Shown in pieces: positions 26,560 through 39,300 of a DNA stretch of 64,000 bases (position 1 is its first letter; each line of letters starts with the position of its first letter). The stretch covers positions 1 through 64,000 of the forward strand of contig NW_020845955.1 in NCBI RefSeq assembly GCF_003704095.1, in the 5' to 3' direction. The notes under the pieces are model-generated. The model worked only from the letters and a program-made list of their open reading frames with translations, made no database searches and was not told the origin of the DNA. The position numbers were made by a program, and so were the translations under genes. The stretch comes from Pocillopora damicornis (lineage: Eukaryota).

Positions 26560-26670
26560 GACGAAAAATGGACCTCGGAAAAATTATTTCATAGCGTCAT
26601 GCATCGGTTATGCTGTCGGCCTGAGGAATATTTGGCGTTTTACGTATCTTTGTTACAGGAACGGGGGAGT
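26560..26670 (+). pseudogene. Isolated degenerate first coding exon of an SLC6 sodium:neurotransmitter symporter
   Basis: [27 protein letters not shown] versus consensus GYAVGLGNxWRFPYLCYxNGG (G>R, P>T). The upstream W is out of frame, there is no phase-1 donor, and no further exons were seen. Confidence 0.8.
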
Positions 26671-29447
26671 CAACTTCCTTAAGAGTAGATATCTATCACA
26701 GTCCTTTTTTAGGAGTGTAGGTTAACAAGAACACACTTTTTAGAGTTGCAAAATTCTTGCAACTCAAAGTTAACGGCTATCGGTTAAAATTTCGTTCATT
26801 TTACGGCTGACGGTCAATTTCTTTGCATTGCAATTAAAATTTACATGTTTAAACTTTGGCATTTTTTACCCCTACCAGCTATATTTTTTCTAATTTTGCC
26901 GTTTACAGCTAACGGTTACTGGACCCATTGACACCCTCAAAGAAGAATTTGTTTGTTTGAAAACACTTTTCAAAAATGCATTTAAAGCTGAGCAAATAAC
27001 AAGCGCTTTTCAAAACAGGTTGGGCTACACTTGCAAAGAAACAAAGCAGATCACGTAAGTACCGAATATTCCATGCTTAATGTTTACAAAATGAGAAAAG
27101 ATGAGAGATGCGAAATGGGTGCCCATAGAGGAGTAGATAGGCTGTTTGAGTCATAATTATAGCTCAAGTTTGGTTTTATGAGGTAAGGGAAATTTTGCTC
27201 AGTAAAGTGAGAGCAAAAAAAAAAAAAAAAGGAAAGATGAAGGCTGGTTAGTTTGACCGCCCTCACCTTCTTCATTCAATGGTTACCAACCTATTAGCTT
27301 TGCGGGAGAATAAGGCCAATTGGTTTTCCAACTTGCGAACTCGCCTAATGTTGCTGAGCGTTGGCAAAGTTAAGGAATTCTGCACCAGTTCCTCAGTTTT
27401 TAATTTATAGTTTCTCTCAGTAGTAAGATAGTTAAGAGCGCAAGCATGGAGAATTCTCCAGCAGCTTCTAAAACCAAATAAGATGGGCTTCTCTGTTGTT
27501 TACAGTTGGTTAACGCCAAAACTAAGGTGTGATGCACCGTGGATTTTACAGAAAGGCGAGACAGTGATTCGTGAATTTTATGATCCAGTGTAAGGCGTGG
27601 TCTGCCCCTGAAATATACGTGACCTGTGAGTTTTTTATGTTCATTTCTTGAAAACCTCATGATTTCCTCCAAACCTCGCACGTAAGAAGAGAGCTTTGAA
27701 GTTTTCCCCTATTAAATGACGCATGCTGTTTAAAGTACATGTGACGCGTGAACTTTTCCAAAATGGATCCGGAGCCCCTGTCCCCCTCCCTCTCCCTGGG
27801 CTACCCTCATGTTAAAGTACCACTTATCATCTAGTTAGCGCATTATAGGAATATTACGATAACCATGGTAACTGCTCTCTCTCGCTCCCTTCAAATAGCA
27901 GAGGAAATAAGACCCAAAGAATGTGCATTGCGCTCAAACATCAAATCAAATAACGTCAATCTTCTACAAACAATATCACTCATTGATATCGGTAGTTTCA
28001 TTAATAATAGTTGCGATGTTGTAAAGAGCAGCAAAAACTTCAAAAGAAGTATTCTCTCTGTAGCTTACTTAGCTGCAAATTTTTTTCGACTTTCTCATTC
28101 AAAATTCTTTTTATTTTCATCTCAGTTTGCTCCTTTATAGAAAGGAGAGGAAGTACTTTGGAGAAAGGAGTCTAAACTTAAAGAAAATTCAATCCCAGGA
28201 CCGTGGTGTCTACACCTCTTCAGCGGAAAACTTATGAGAAGAATTATCCGTCAATGTCAGCTTGAAAGGTCTGCCCAAGAAATTTATAATCTCTTGTTGT
28301 CTTTATAACGCAATAGTTGGCATCCAGTTTCATATATTTTCCACCAATAAATTCCAAATATAACTATGTAAAGTTATGCAGAGTATTCATTTTGCATTTT
28401 AAAAGGTCCAGATCCTTCTAGCTCATTATTTGCTGGTCAAAAAAAATGCACTTTCTTGTTATAACACAAGCTTAACGTTCTCCGCACAACAATCGGTCAC
28501 GCGCGCCTTGCAAAAAACTATTTGAATTTATCGTTCATTGCGCATCCAGGGCAAACGTAAAATTTCGGATAAATATCAATAGTCCCGTCAAAGCTTGATC
28601 ACTGGTGCTAATTCATATATTGCTGCACATCATTAGGATGTCCTACACCTATTTCGAGCTCGGTTGCTCGGGAACAAATATTGATCCGTCTCAGTAGTAG
28701 TACCACTTAAGTAGTACCAGCACTTCAGTATATTTACCCCTTTAGTGGTACCAGCAAAATTTATAACCGAACCTAAGCGTTCCGTAACTGCTTACAAGAC
28801 ATGGGAAACCGACCTCCAATGTAACATCTTTGGTTACCCTTCCGTCACGACCAACACTGAAAATGCAACATGACTTCGAGCTATTGTCTTAAAATGGTTA
28901 AAAAATTAATTAAATAATCGCCTAAATTTCATGTTAATTGTCGCGGCTAGCGAAATACGAAATGACTCGAAGGTGGTCCATTAGGGTAGTCCTTGGACTG
29001 GGGTCAGTGTTTTGCCCATCACCCCTGTAATCATCTCATTAGCGAGTGACATAGTAGCAAGATCGCACGAGTACGATTTGTTAACTTCAGGTATACAGAC
29101 AGAATTTGACAACACGAAGTCGTAATACTAATTGATAAAATGTATGGAAAAATACGAGAAACAAACCAGGCAATGGTTATACTTTTTCATTTAAAGCCAA
29201 AGGAACAGCTTAATAAGAGGACGAAACGCACAAAATCAAATTCTTACACTAAATACTAACTTGTGAATGCGTTACATTTCTGCCGACGTGTTCGAGCTTT
29301 CGCCTAGAAATATGATGTCACCAAAAAACTGTCACGCAAGGGATGGAGGTTACAGGACAGCGAAATCTTTGTTTTGGTGTAGATTGACAAGAGTGTGTTC
29401 GAAGCCCAAACAATTGTCGCAAAGCTGTCCATATTTTCTCCAGAACG

Positions 29448-32400
29448 ATGTCTATGAAAGCTCTGATTGTTGAAGAGTTCGGCGACTCGTCGAAACTAAA
29501 GTATAGTGAGGTTCTCAAGCCAGAACCCGCAGAAGGAGAGGTAAATAAACTAGTCTATTTTACATTTCTCCCTCCTAAGAACTGTCTCGGTCTTTGCCTC
29601 TTTCATGTGGGGCAGTGCTGAATCATATTGGCGGTTTCAATTTTTAATGATCGTGTAATTTAAGCCAAAATAGTGGATATTTTAAGAGGACAATTGTCAT
29701 TATTAACCTGACTGTATTGAGATTCTCGTAAAGCAAAACATGTGAAGATAAGCTATAGGCGCCATTGGCAAAATGATGGTGATGACTGTACAAGTTTAAT
29801 GTACATGACCGCGCTACGTAAAAGGCTGCGACTGCAAACTGCCCGGTTCACCCATCGTATTCTCTCGAATAACACAACACGTTTTACCGATCTAATAGGC
29901 ACTCTCCTTCAGATAAGCGCCCGTCCCCATGGCCTTAAATGTCAAATGCCCTCCTCCCCCCCATACTCCATCACTTTCTTGAATATTAAGGATACAAAAA
30001 AAACCTCTTTCTGTTGCCAATTGATTTTTTAACTTAATTGATGAGTCCCAATTACAGCCGAATTATAAAAGCACCCTTTTCATTAAGAGCTTGCTATTTT
30101 ATAAACATCTTTATATTAGCATTTTTTTTTTAAAACTTATCCAAGGAAATACAGTAATAGTGTAATCCCACAAGAAGTTTTATTGAAAATAGTTGAAATA
30201 CTTTTTAAAACCAAAAACTTTTAATGAAGAGTGAAAATGCAGATAATTAATTCTTCAATTTGTAAGAGCTAGAGAACAAGATATCATACAATAAACATTT
30301 GAAGTGTTTCTGTATTCCTTTATCTTGCTGCAGTGAAAACAGCGAAAGTTAAGATTACTACTTCTTCTCCTCTCAATGCCTATTAAACACAGACCGGCTA
30401 AGGACCTCTGCAGAAATATTCAAAACAAACAAAATAAAATATTACATCTCTATAATTCTCTAAAAATTAGTTTTACATTAAAAGATAATTAAATTTTTAC
30501 TGATAGATTTCTTTTTTGGATTAAATTTACCAGTTTTTGGACATGTTTGTGAGAAAAAAATTGCAATAAAGTGGTCAAATTTAACAACATTGGGTATTTA
30601 ACATCTTCAACTAGAGGCTCGATTTTTTTTGCTTGAAGTCTCATTATGTATGAAATCAATTATGAAATAAATTTGAGTACCTCTGGGTTAAAATTTATGT
30701 TATGTTGTCTTTAGGTTTTGGTAAAAAATGAGATTTGTGGCTTGAATTACCTTGATGTCTTGGTAAGGAATGGGGCTTTGCCTCTCAAAGCTGTAGGATC
30801 AGGGTTTCCTTTGACAATGGGGGTGGAGGCTGCTGGAACAGTGGAAAAAATTGGTGTTAATGTCACTAGTGTGTCTAAAGGAGAGAGAGTAGCATATGCA
30901 GTCGTTGGATCTGGTAAATGAATGATTTATCTTGCAGATGCTATAGTATGTCCCTAGTTGACCACTTCTGTCACCAATCACCTCTTATTAGAGCAACAAG
31001 TTCTCAAAAATACCAAACTTTAGTATATGAAATACCACAGGGCACCTACTACTTGTAGGTGACTGCAATCACTTCAATAATATAATGTTATAGTGAATTG
31101 TTTGACTAACTGTAATTACTGAAGCTTATTTTTATTTGTTTTCATTTATTTCCTTATGGGGACTCAGATTTTTTCTTTGTCCCTCACTCATGACAAGAAG
31201 AAAAAAATCTTTCTCCATTTCTTTACCGAGCTAAAAACTTACCATCTCTCTTAATCTTATTTAAATTATTAACCTCAATATGGGTGTCAATTGGATGACA
31301 AGACTCTTGATAAAAATGTGTAAGCTAATAATAGAGCTTGCCTTTTTAGCAATAACCTTGGCAAATTCATACCAGTATATGCCAGAATACTTAAGTTATG
31401 AATCTTCCACTCTCCTGGACATTTACCTGAATGAATCTCCCACATATGTCTATTTATGGAAGGTACATCAAGAAAATTTCCATTGAAAAATTATCATGTT
31501 TACCATTAAAGGATTGTTGATTTTAAAGTGAACTTGTGTTCATTTTGTCTCAGGTGCTTTCAATGTCGCTACTTTTAATTTGTGTGGTGATGTTGGGTGG
31601 ATTATTTAAACAAAGTTTAGCTGTTGTTAAACAAAACGGTATTCTAAAGTATCTTGAATTTAGCTGAATCTTTTATCTGGACATTTATTTTTTTGAGCAG
31701 TATCAAGAGAGCCAGATGCAGCTAGTCAGCAGTTGAAGGACATTTATTTAATGAAAACAATCCTCTTATAGAGAATATGTAAGACCCGCTGCCTGTGTAA
31801 AAACCGTGCTTTACATTAGACCGCATGTAAAGTATAGGCCTGTTAAGTTTACAAAGTCAATTCACAAATTTAAGGTATGATTTGAGAGGTTGCAGATTAG
31901 ATCTAAAATTATTTTTCTCCAGAATAGTTGGATTACAAAAAAGATATCTAGATGACATTGTAGGCTGAAAAGACATGATAAATGGCTCTCTTGGATGAAT
32001 GACTTCTAAAGTGCCTCAAGTGAAAATGTCTAGAAAGATCAAAATTTGTCAAAAGTTGTGGCTCAACCAGTAACTAATCCTAGATTATTTATGCTAACTG
32101 TTAGGCGGTCCAACTTAAATTTTGAGTCGATAACACAGGCTGATACCATAAATATTTTCTAAATAATTGTAATCACCAGGAGCACATGCTGAGTGTGCAA
32201 AAGTGTCAGCATCAAGACTGGTAAAAGTTCCAGAGGAGATTAGTTTTGAGCAAGCTGCTACATCAATGGTTCAGGGGATGACTGCGCACTACCTTGTGCA
32301 TACAACTGGCAGAGTGAAGCCTGGTGACAAGGTGTTGATACATGCTATCTCTGGAGGGACTGGGTCTCTTGTGTGTCAAGTGGCAAAGAATGCAGGTAAC

Positions 32401-34703
32401 AAAAGTCTATGGTTTTCAGTTTGGAGATATCCAGTGGAATCGTTTTTGAGGGATGCTTTCAGGACTAGTGTAAATGTAACCAAGGAAGACATCTCCCCCA
32501 AAATAGCAGTGTCACACCCTAGAACTCTTCAAGATAAGCTCTCTGAAAGTAATTTGTATAGAAACATGATTTTGAATTGAGGAGCTGGGCGATGTAGGCA
32601 GTAGTTAAACAAATACTTGTAATGCCTCAAAGACAGTATGTAGCCTATTAGCTGCATAATTAGACTACTTGTTTTAACAATTAAGTTTGTGGTTAAAAGA
32701 AAGGTTGGGAATAGTAAGTGACATACCAAAGGAGGAGTGTGGATGCTAGTAAGAAGGGATAGAATCATGGAAAGGAAAATTTATTGACTTACTATAATTT
32801 CAATGCTAGTAAGAAGGGATAGAATCATGGAAAGTAGAATTTATTGACTTACTATAATTTTGTTGGCATTTAGTTTGCTTCCAATAGACCTCTTTAATAC
32901 ATACCACATGAATAGTGCTTTTTGCACATACTGATTGACTAGTTTGGAAGCGAAGAGCAAAAAATATTCAGCTGCGAGCAGCCAATGAGACAAGATTGCG
33001 CATCAAGAGTTTCTCATCAATTAGCCACTTCCACTTTGGTGGATAATTGTTAATAAGCTTCTGTGTTTTGTTTACCCATTTCAGGTCATGTGACAATACT
33101 CAAGAGAACTGTTTCTTTCAAATTTCCTCTTATTCATGTACATATGTTAACATAATTTACAAAAGATAAAGCTGGAAAATCCTTCGAGACCTAAAATGGG
33201 TAAGCAAAACATACAAGCTAAAGAGGTCTATTCCACTCTCCATTTCTGGGAGGTTTCTATTATTTATTTTACAACTGCGTGAAATATCCCATTTATGTTA
33301 TCAATTACTGCAACCCAAATCTCTATTTAGCAGCCTGTGTAGGCCATCACCTTATCATTCTCATCATTCGCTTCCCACACTTCCCACGGCCAATCTTCTT
33401 TTTCGGGTGCAGTCAGTGCTTCAAGTTGAATCAAATAAGGTCAATGAGGGGCCGAAAAGTTTTTTCCAATTTCCTTTTACTTGTGCTTGGACTGCTCTTA
33501 ATCTTGCCAAGTTGATCATGTAATTATCTAGTCAATTCAGTTGAGATTTATAGACGAAACTCCTTCAAGCCCATAATTTCAACATTTATCAGGAGCATTT
33601 GTGATTGGAACAACTAGCACCGAGGCCAAAGCAGCAAAGGCAAGGAAGACTGGTGCCGATGAGGTCATCCTTTACTCACAGAAAGATTTTGCCGAAGAGG
33701 TCAACAGGATCACTGATGGAGAAGGGGTGAATGTTATTTATGATGGTATTGGAAAAAAAACCTTTGAAAAAGGTATGATGTGGATCAAATATCAAAAAGG
33801 ACATTTATAACTTTTGGTTCAAGTTTAATCATAATCTGACCTGTCTCAAGCTAAATTAGTACAATGGAATGATCCATTACTTATTACTTAATGAGCTAAA
33901 TTATACACCCATATTTATTACTTCTTACTCATGATATACAGGACAGGTGCCAAAAAAAAAATTTAAACCATTTTGTATATTTAATCCATGAAATCAAGAA
34001 GGCAGGAATCATTGCGATCATCTAAATTCAAAGGTTAATGTTTAACCCTTTAACTCCAGACCAAATTTGCAATTCTCCTTAATGTCAACAATACAACACT
34101 TGTAATGTTAGTTTAGAGAATTTATTATTGTATCAACTAATTATCCCCAAATTGATATTTTTCTTTATTCTCATCACTTATCTGCTTGATATTGTAAGGA
34201 GAAATTATGTCTTGGTCACTCGTGGGAGTTTAAGGGTTTAAGGGTTAAAGGGAACGGATTGTTAAAGTTACAGGTCATTGAAGTCCCCTTGAAACTGCCT
34301 TTCGTGAGATTTACAAAAAATGAAAACTTCCATTTCATGTTTCACGTAGAAATGTTTAAAACCTGTCCGCACTAATACTTATCTTTTCTGTTCCGCTGTA
34401 GACTTCGAGTGTTTAGCTGTCCAAGGAATCGTGGTGTCTTTTGGAGTAGTTTCCGGGACTCCTCCTCCGTTAGATCTTAACATACTCGCCAAAGGTTCCT
34501 TCTCCGTCTGCCGACCTTCGTTGTTTCACCACATCAAAAAGGAAGAGGATTTGAAGTGGCGTAGCTCTGAAGTGTTGAACTGGATCAAGAAAGGCGAAGT
34601 GAAGTTTGGTGACTTTACTGTATTACCACTGTCTGAGGGAAAGAAAGCTTACGAGTTGTTGGAAAGTGGAAAATCTACAGGAAAAGTCTTGATGAAGCCA
34701 TGA
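29448..34703 (+). CDS. qor: NADPH:quinone oxidoreductase (zeta-crystallin/MDR family, QOR2-type), 329 aa, 5 exons
   Basis: Exons 29448-29540, 30715-30913, 32180-32395, 33593-33772, 34402-34703. All GT-AG with consistent phases, 990 nt. Motifs MKALIVEEFG, GLNYLD, GVEAAGTV, QGMTAHYL, HAISGGTG, YDGIGKKTF, GKSTGKVLM. AATAAA at 34735. Confidence 0.93.
32743..32860. repeat. 60-bp tandem duplication in qor intron 3
   Basis: ATGCTAGTAAGAAGGGATAGAATCATGG...ACTATAATTT starts at 32743 and 32803, nearly identical. Confidence 0.9.
34042..34248. mobile_element. ~200-bp TTAA-flanked piggyBac-like MITE
   Basis: TTAA-CCCTTTAACTCC ... GGAGTTTAAGGG..AGGG-TTAA. Related copies at 35925, 38153 and partial copies at ~35083 and ~21320. 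Confidence 0.75.
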
Positions 34704-35924
34704 GCTGAACTGAAAGATTTAAGCGGTTAATCGCAATAAAACTTAGTTTTAGTTGATCCTAGGATAAAAACATACAAAATGCTAACGAATCTCTTTATCA
34801 ATATGTGTGTTTTCGTGTTCCTTCGCAAACAAGCTGGAGATTGTACAATCAGCATGGTACAAGTTAAATGCGCAGGGATTTCTTTTAGTGTTCTTTGGAG
34901 ATTTTATCTTAGAACAAAATGGATGTTTACGTTTTCTAAGTTATGCAAAAGCCAGAAAGTTTGGCTTTTAGACCAGTGTTTGTTTTACTCTTTACTCCAT
35001 TTTCTGTATGTTTAACATCTTGTAACACTCGCTGTATCTTGCACCAAGAAAAGAAAAGCTGGCTCCTAATTACATAATCTGAGTTAACCCTTTACACCCC
35101 AACATTGGTCTGCATAATCTCCCTACTGTCTCCATACATTTCCCATAGTTTTGGCAAGGAGAATTTGTGGAATGATTAAGAACTTCTTCAGATGGTAACC
35201 ATTTCCTGTATTCTCGTGACCTTGATGTTTGATGTAGGGGTGATTCTGTGAGAAAAAATTGTTAGTACCATAAAAACGCCGAAAAAACGAGGGTAGTATT
35301 CAGCCATCTTAACCAAATGAACTTGGTCAATAAATGATAATAACATAGCAAAAAGATTCCACTTTATTTTCAAAAATGACTTGTTTATTTCGAGGTCCGG
35401 GAAAGAAAGGCAACTGTGTTTGTAGCAAGTTTGTAGCATTAGATCAACAGGAGTCGTTTATGATTTTCTTAGCTTCGACAGTCTTTCCCACGATCTGCCG
35501 CTTTCTACGCCGACATTGTCCAAAAGTTACGGACTTTGTAAGTCCGCTCCGCGCGGACAAGATTTGCTTGCGCAAAATCTTAGCGTGCAACACTGAGTAG
35601 AAACGATTTTGCCCGCCCAGGCAGCTAATCAGAACACAGTATTCACTGCCAGCGATATTTAACAATTAACTTATTGTCTATTTTTGACCACGGAAACCGA
35701 GCTGAGATAGGACGCAGAAATCGTTGGACAGATACTCCAAAAGATATATAAACATAAGGGTTTCTCACACTTCAATTACTTTTATAACATAGCTAGTAAA
35801 TTTGTCCAATCAAATTCAATTGCGCGAGCGTGCTTCATATTCTTATTGTGCAAGGACATGACATCAGCAAACAAATCCCTCGAGAAAAAATTTTCCATCG
35901 GGTTGAAAATGTTATAACCAATTG

Positions 35925-36135
35925 TTAACCCTTTAACTCCCAGGATCTGATTCTTAATTCTCCTCTCTGGCTGCTACACAATATCTTGTAGGATAGTTAC
36001 AAGAATTTGGTGTGTGATCAAGTTTAAAACTTCTACTTGATAAGCTGGAGTATTCTCATTACCTGTTTGCTGGATAATGTATGGATATTATGGGAAGAAG
36101 TTACGTGTTAATCACTTCTGGGAGTTAAACGTTAA
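35925..36135. mobile_element. ~200-bp TTAA-flanked piggyBac-like MITE just upstream of the ASS1 promoter
   Basis: TTAA-CCCTTTAACTCCCAGG ... CTGGGAGTTAAACG-TTAA. Confidence 0.75.
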
Positions 36136-36210
36136 GTGACTTATTCCTACGGAAGATGCATTTTTCGCGCCAACGCAGCGGTTTCCCAAATCAGCTGGGA
36201 CCAGTGCCAT

Positions 36211-36252
36211 CAACCAATCAGTCGCGATGGCTATCAAATTGACCAATCAGAG
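36211..36252 (+). promoter_or_regulatory. Tandem CCAAT (NF-Y-type) boxes upstream of ASS1
   Basis: AACCAATCAG (CCAAT 36214-36218) and GACCAATCAG (CCAAT 36243-36247), 29 bp apart, ~125-155 bp before the ATG. Confidence 0.6.
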
Positions 36253-36370
36253 CAGAGAAAGTAAGACCGCCAGAAGGAAGAAATTGGACAAGTGGAATAA
36301 TCACCCACGTTGTCGTGTTTTGGCTGAAGTTCGTGTAGTATTATCAGTTCGAAGTAAGGGTATACTGAAC

Positions 36371-39300
36371 ATGTCTGAGGACAAAAAGACCGTGGTTCTT
36401 GCCTACAGTGGAGGTCTTGATACATCTTGTATCTTGCTTTGGCTCAAAGAACAAGGGTATGAAGTTATTGCATTCATGGTAAGAGGAATTTGTTTCGTGA
36501 TACTCACGGGATAACGAGTCGCTCGATCTATTCGAAGCTTATCATTTTATACTGTCTCGGTAAAATTTATTTTCATTGAATCAGATTGTCTGTTCGATGA
36601 TTTCGACGTGAACAAGACAACCCGTCTTGATTTGAGTTTTTTGGACTCATGTGGTGAGCTTTATGACTCCTGGGTGCAATATGCAAATTATTAGGAATTG
36701 AAATCAAAAATTGTACAGTAGCTGAAGTCAAGCGTGAGTTACGGTGACCTAGAGAAACAATAAACTTATTCAATTCTTTCGAAATGACCTAATTATGCTG
36801 TGATATTGACCAAGTCTTCCTAGATTCAAGTTTTTTGATTCAATTGTCGTTTTTTCTCAGGCAGATGTGGGACAAGATGAAGATTTCGAGGAGGCGAGGG
36901 CGAAGGCCACAAAACTGGGCGCAAAAAAGGTCAGCGATAATCCAAAGTTGCCCTGAATTGCCACGTAATAATAGCTCTTTTTTATGAAAGATTACATGTA
37001 TTTATAATGATAACGCACCGTGAAGTGTAAACTAAATTTTGATTTCGATTCACTGGACGTTGGTAAAATTAGTTTCTCAATGAAAGCATTCAGAAAAAGA
37101 TATTTCTTGGAGGATGCAGTACAAAGCCATTTTCCAGAGCTTTGAATTAAAATTGAAACCCTTTTGTGGGTGAACTAAGCTATCGTACGTTTGCCCAAAA
37201 AACCGCAATTTTTAGTTTGAGTAAGGATGGGTTTTCTGTAATGGAAATTATGGTAATTGAAAAGATAAATAAAGATTTATTGATCTTCTTTGCCAGGTGC
37301 CTTAAACAAGCGCTTTTGGTACACCAGTTTCACTTTGTGTAAACTTTGAGAAATTTGATTTAGTTTACACTTTTTCTTGGTTTCTACTTAAATATTGCCC
37401 AATTGTAAATTCTATATTTACCGGAGTCAATATTAGTTAAGAATATTAGAGTATCTGGTGGGATGTTTTCTTCATAAATAATTAGGAATCCTTAATTTTG
37501 GGGTTTTTATAAGTATAAGTTTTTGTGTCATTTGTGAAAATCTTGTGGTTATGTGCATGGTCTTGCAGGATTTAAATTAAAAGGCTCTCTTTCAAAGGGT
37601 AACAAACATTTTTTCATGACCACCATAATAATAATTGGGTCTAAATGATCTATTAAGTTTTTTCTGGAGGTTCTGAAAACCAATTAGCAGTAAATCAAAT
37701 GGATTTAATAAAAGCCCATGGGAGGGGGGGGGAAGGTAGGCTTGATTATCAGCTGCTTTTCGGGAAATGAGCCATCCCTCCCTCCTAAATCAAGTGATGA
37801 TTGAAGACTGAGCAGGTGAAAAGGGTAGAAATCAAGCTAAGGAGGGAAAGTGTGCACTCCCTATTTCAGCCCAAACAGGTGTACACTACCAAATAGGGCA
37901 TGGTTTTTAAGTCATGAGTTTTAACAGGTTATCCAAACTCAATATTTATTGCCATGAATAAGATGTCTTATCAGGCCAGAAGTCTTGAACAGGATGTAAA
38001 ATGAGGGTGGTGCGCGGTCTCCATCCCTAGTACTAACAATTTTTTCAAACCTTATTCCCAAAAATTCTCAACCTACCTAAATCAGGTTGAATTGCGGTAA
38101 TCTGTAACAATTTTTTGCTGTGATTAGGGTTATGAAACTAGTGGATTTTGACTTAACCATTTATACCCTTATATCAGCATGTATATTCTCCATACTGTTC
38201 TCTATACATTTCCTAACAAGCTGACAAAGAGAATTTTTATACCAATCAAGAGCTTCTTTAGTTGGTGATCATTTCCTTTATTCTTGTGAGATTAATATTT
38301 GATTCAGTGATGATATTGTAAGGAGAAATTAGATGCTAGTCGCTCCTAGGGGTCAAAGGGTTGAATAAGGTCTGAACTGAGGGATCGCAGTTGTACCCTT
38401 ATCCCACCTTCACCCCCTCAACCTCCACCAGGGACAAATTGAGGGTGTTGAGAACTTTTAACTGATCTTAACATCTTGGAGTCTTTTCAAATAAGTTAAT
38501 TACAAAGTCCTGTATTTAGAGCTCATTGGTATCTTACACTTGTGGTGGTTTTGGGTTCAGTGTAACTTGGATTTGAATCCAAGGGTCTCTTACCATCCTG
38601 TTGGGTGTTTCACTGCTTCCCCTTTTTGCCTTACTGCTACTCAAAGTCTGAATGCAAATTTATTCCTTCCCCACAACTTCTTCCACAATCGAATATTTAC
38701 ATGTATGAAAACAAATTTGATCTTGGCCCTTACAGAGGGAATACTTGAAGATTAGAATCTAATTATCAGACTCTTTTCTCACTGAATTGTTTACCTGTAA
38801 TAATGTTTTTTGAATGGCAGCTATAAAACATCATTTTCCAAACATGAAGTCATTATGTACAATAGCCCTTGAAAAGCATATTTTTTCCAATTTGTACCAC
38901 AGGTGTTTATTGAGGATTTGAGAGAGGAATTTGTCAAAGAGTTCATCTTTCCAGCTGTACAAGCTAATGCAATTTATGAAGATCGCTATTTGATGGGAAC
39001 AGGTAGATGTTATATTGACTTTTTACTTGGTGTTGAATTCAATAAAAATCTCCAAAAAATTACTTTTACAACTTCTACTTCAACAATTTCTTTGTCATAG
39101 CTGTTGCCAGGCCTTGCATTGCTCGTCGTCAAGTCCAGATTGCTCTTCGTGAGGGTGCAGAATATGTGTCCCATGGTGCTACAGGAAAGGTAAAATTAGG
39201 ATAGGTAATAACATGATATCAAGTGCAATTTTGTGTTGATAAGCATGGGTAAATTTTTCAAAGATAACAAAGTTGCACAAGCTCGTAGGTCAAGTGCAAT

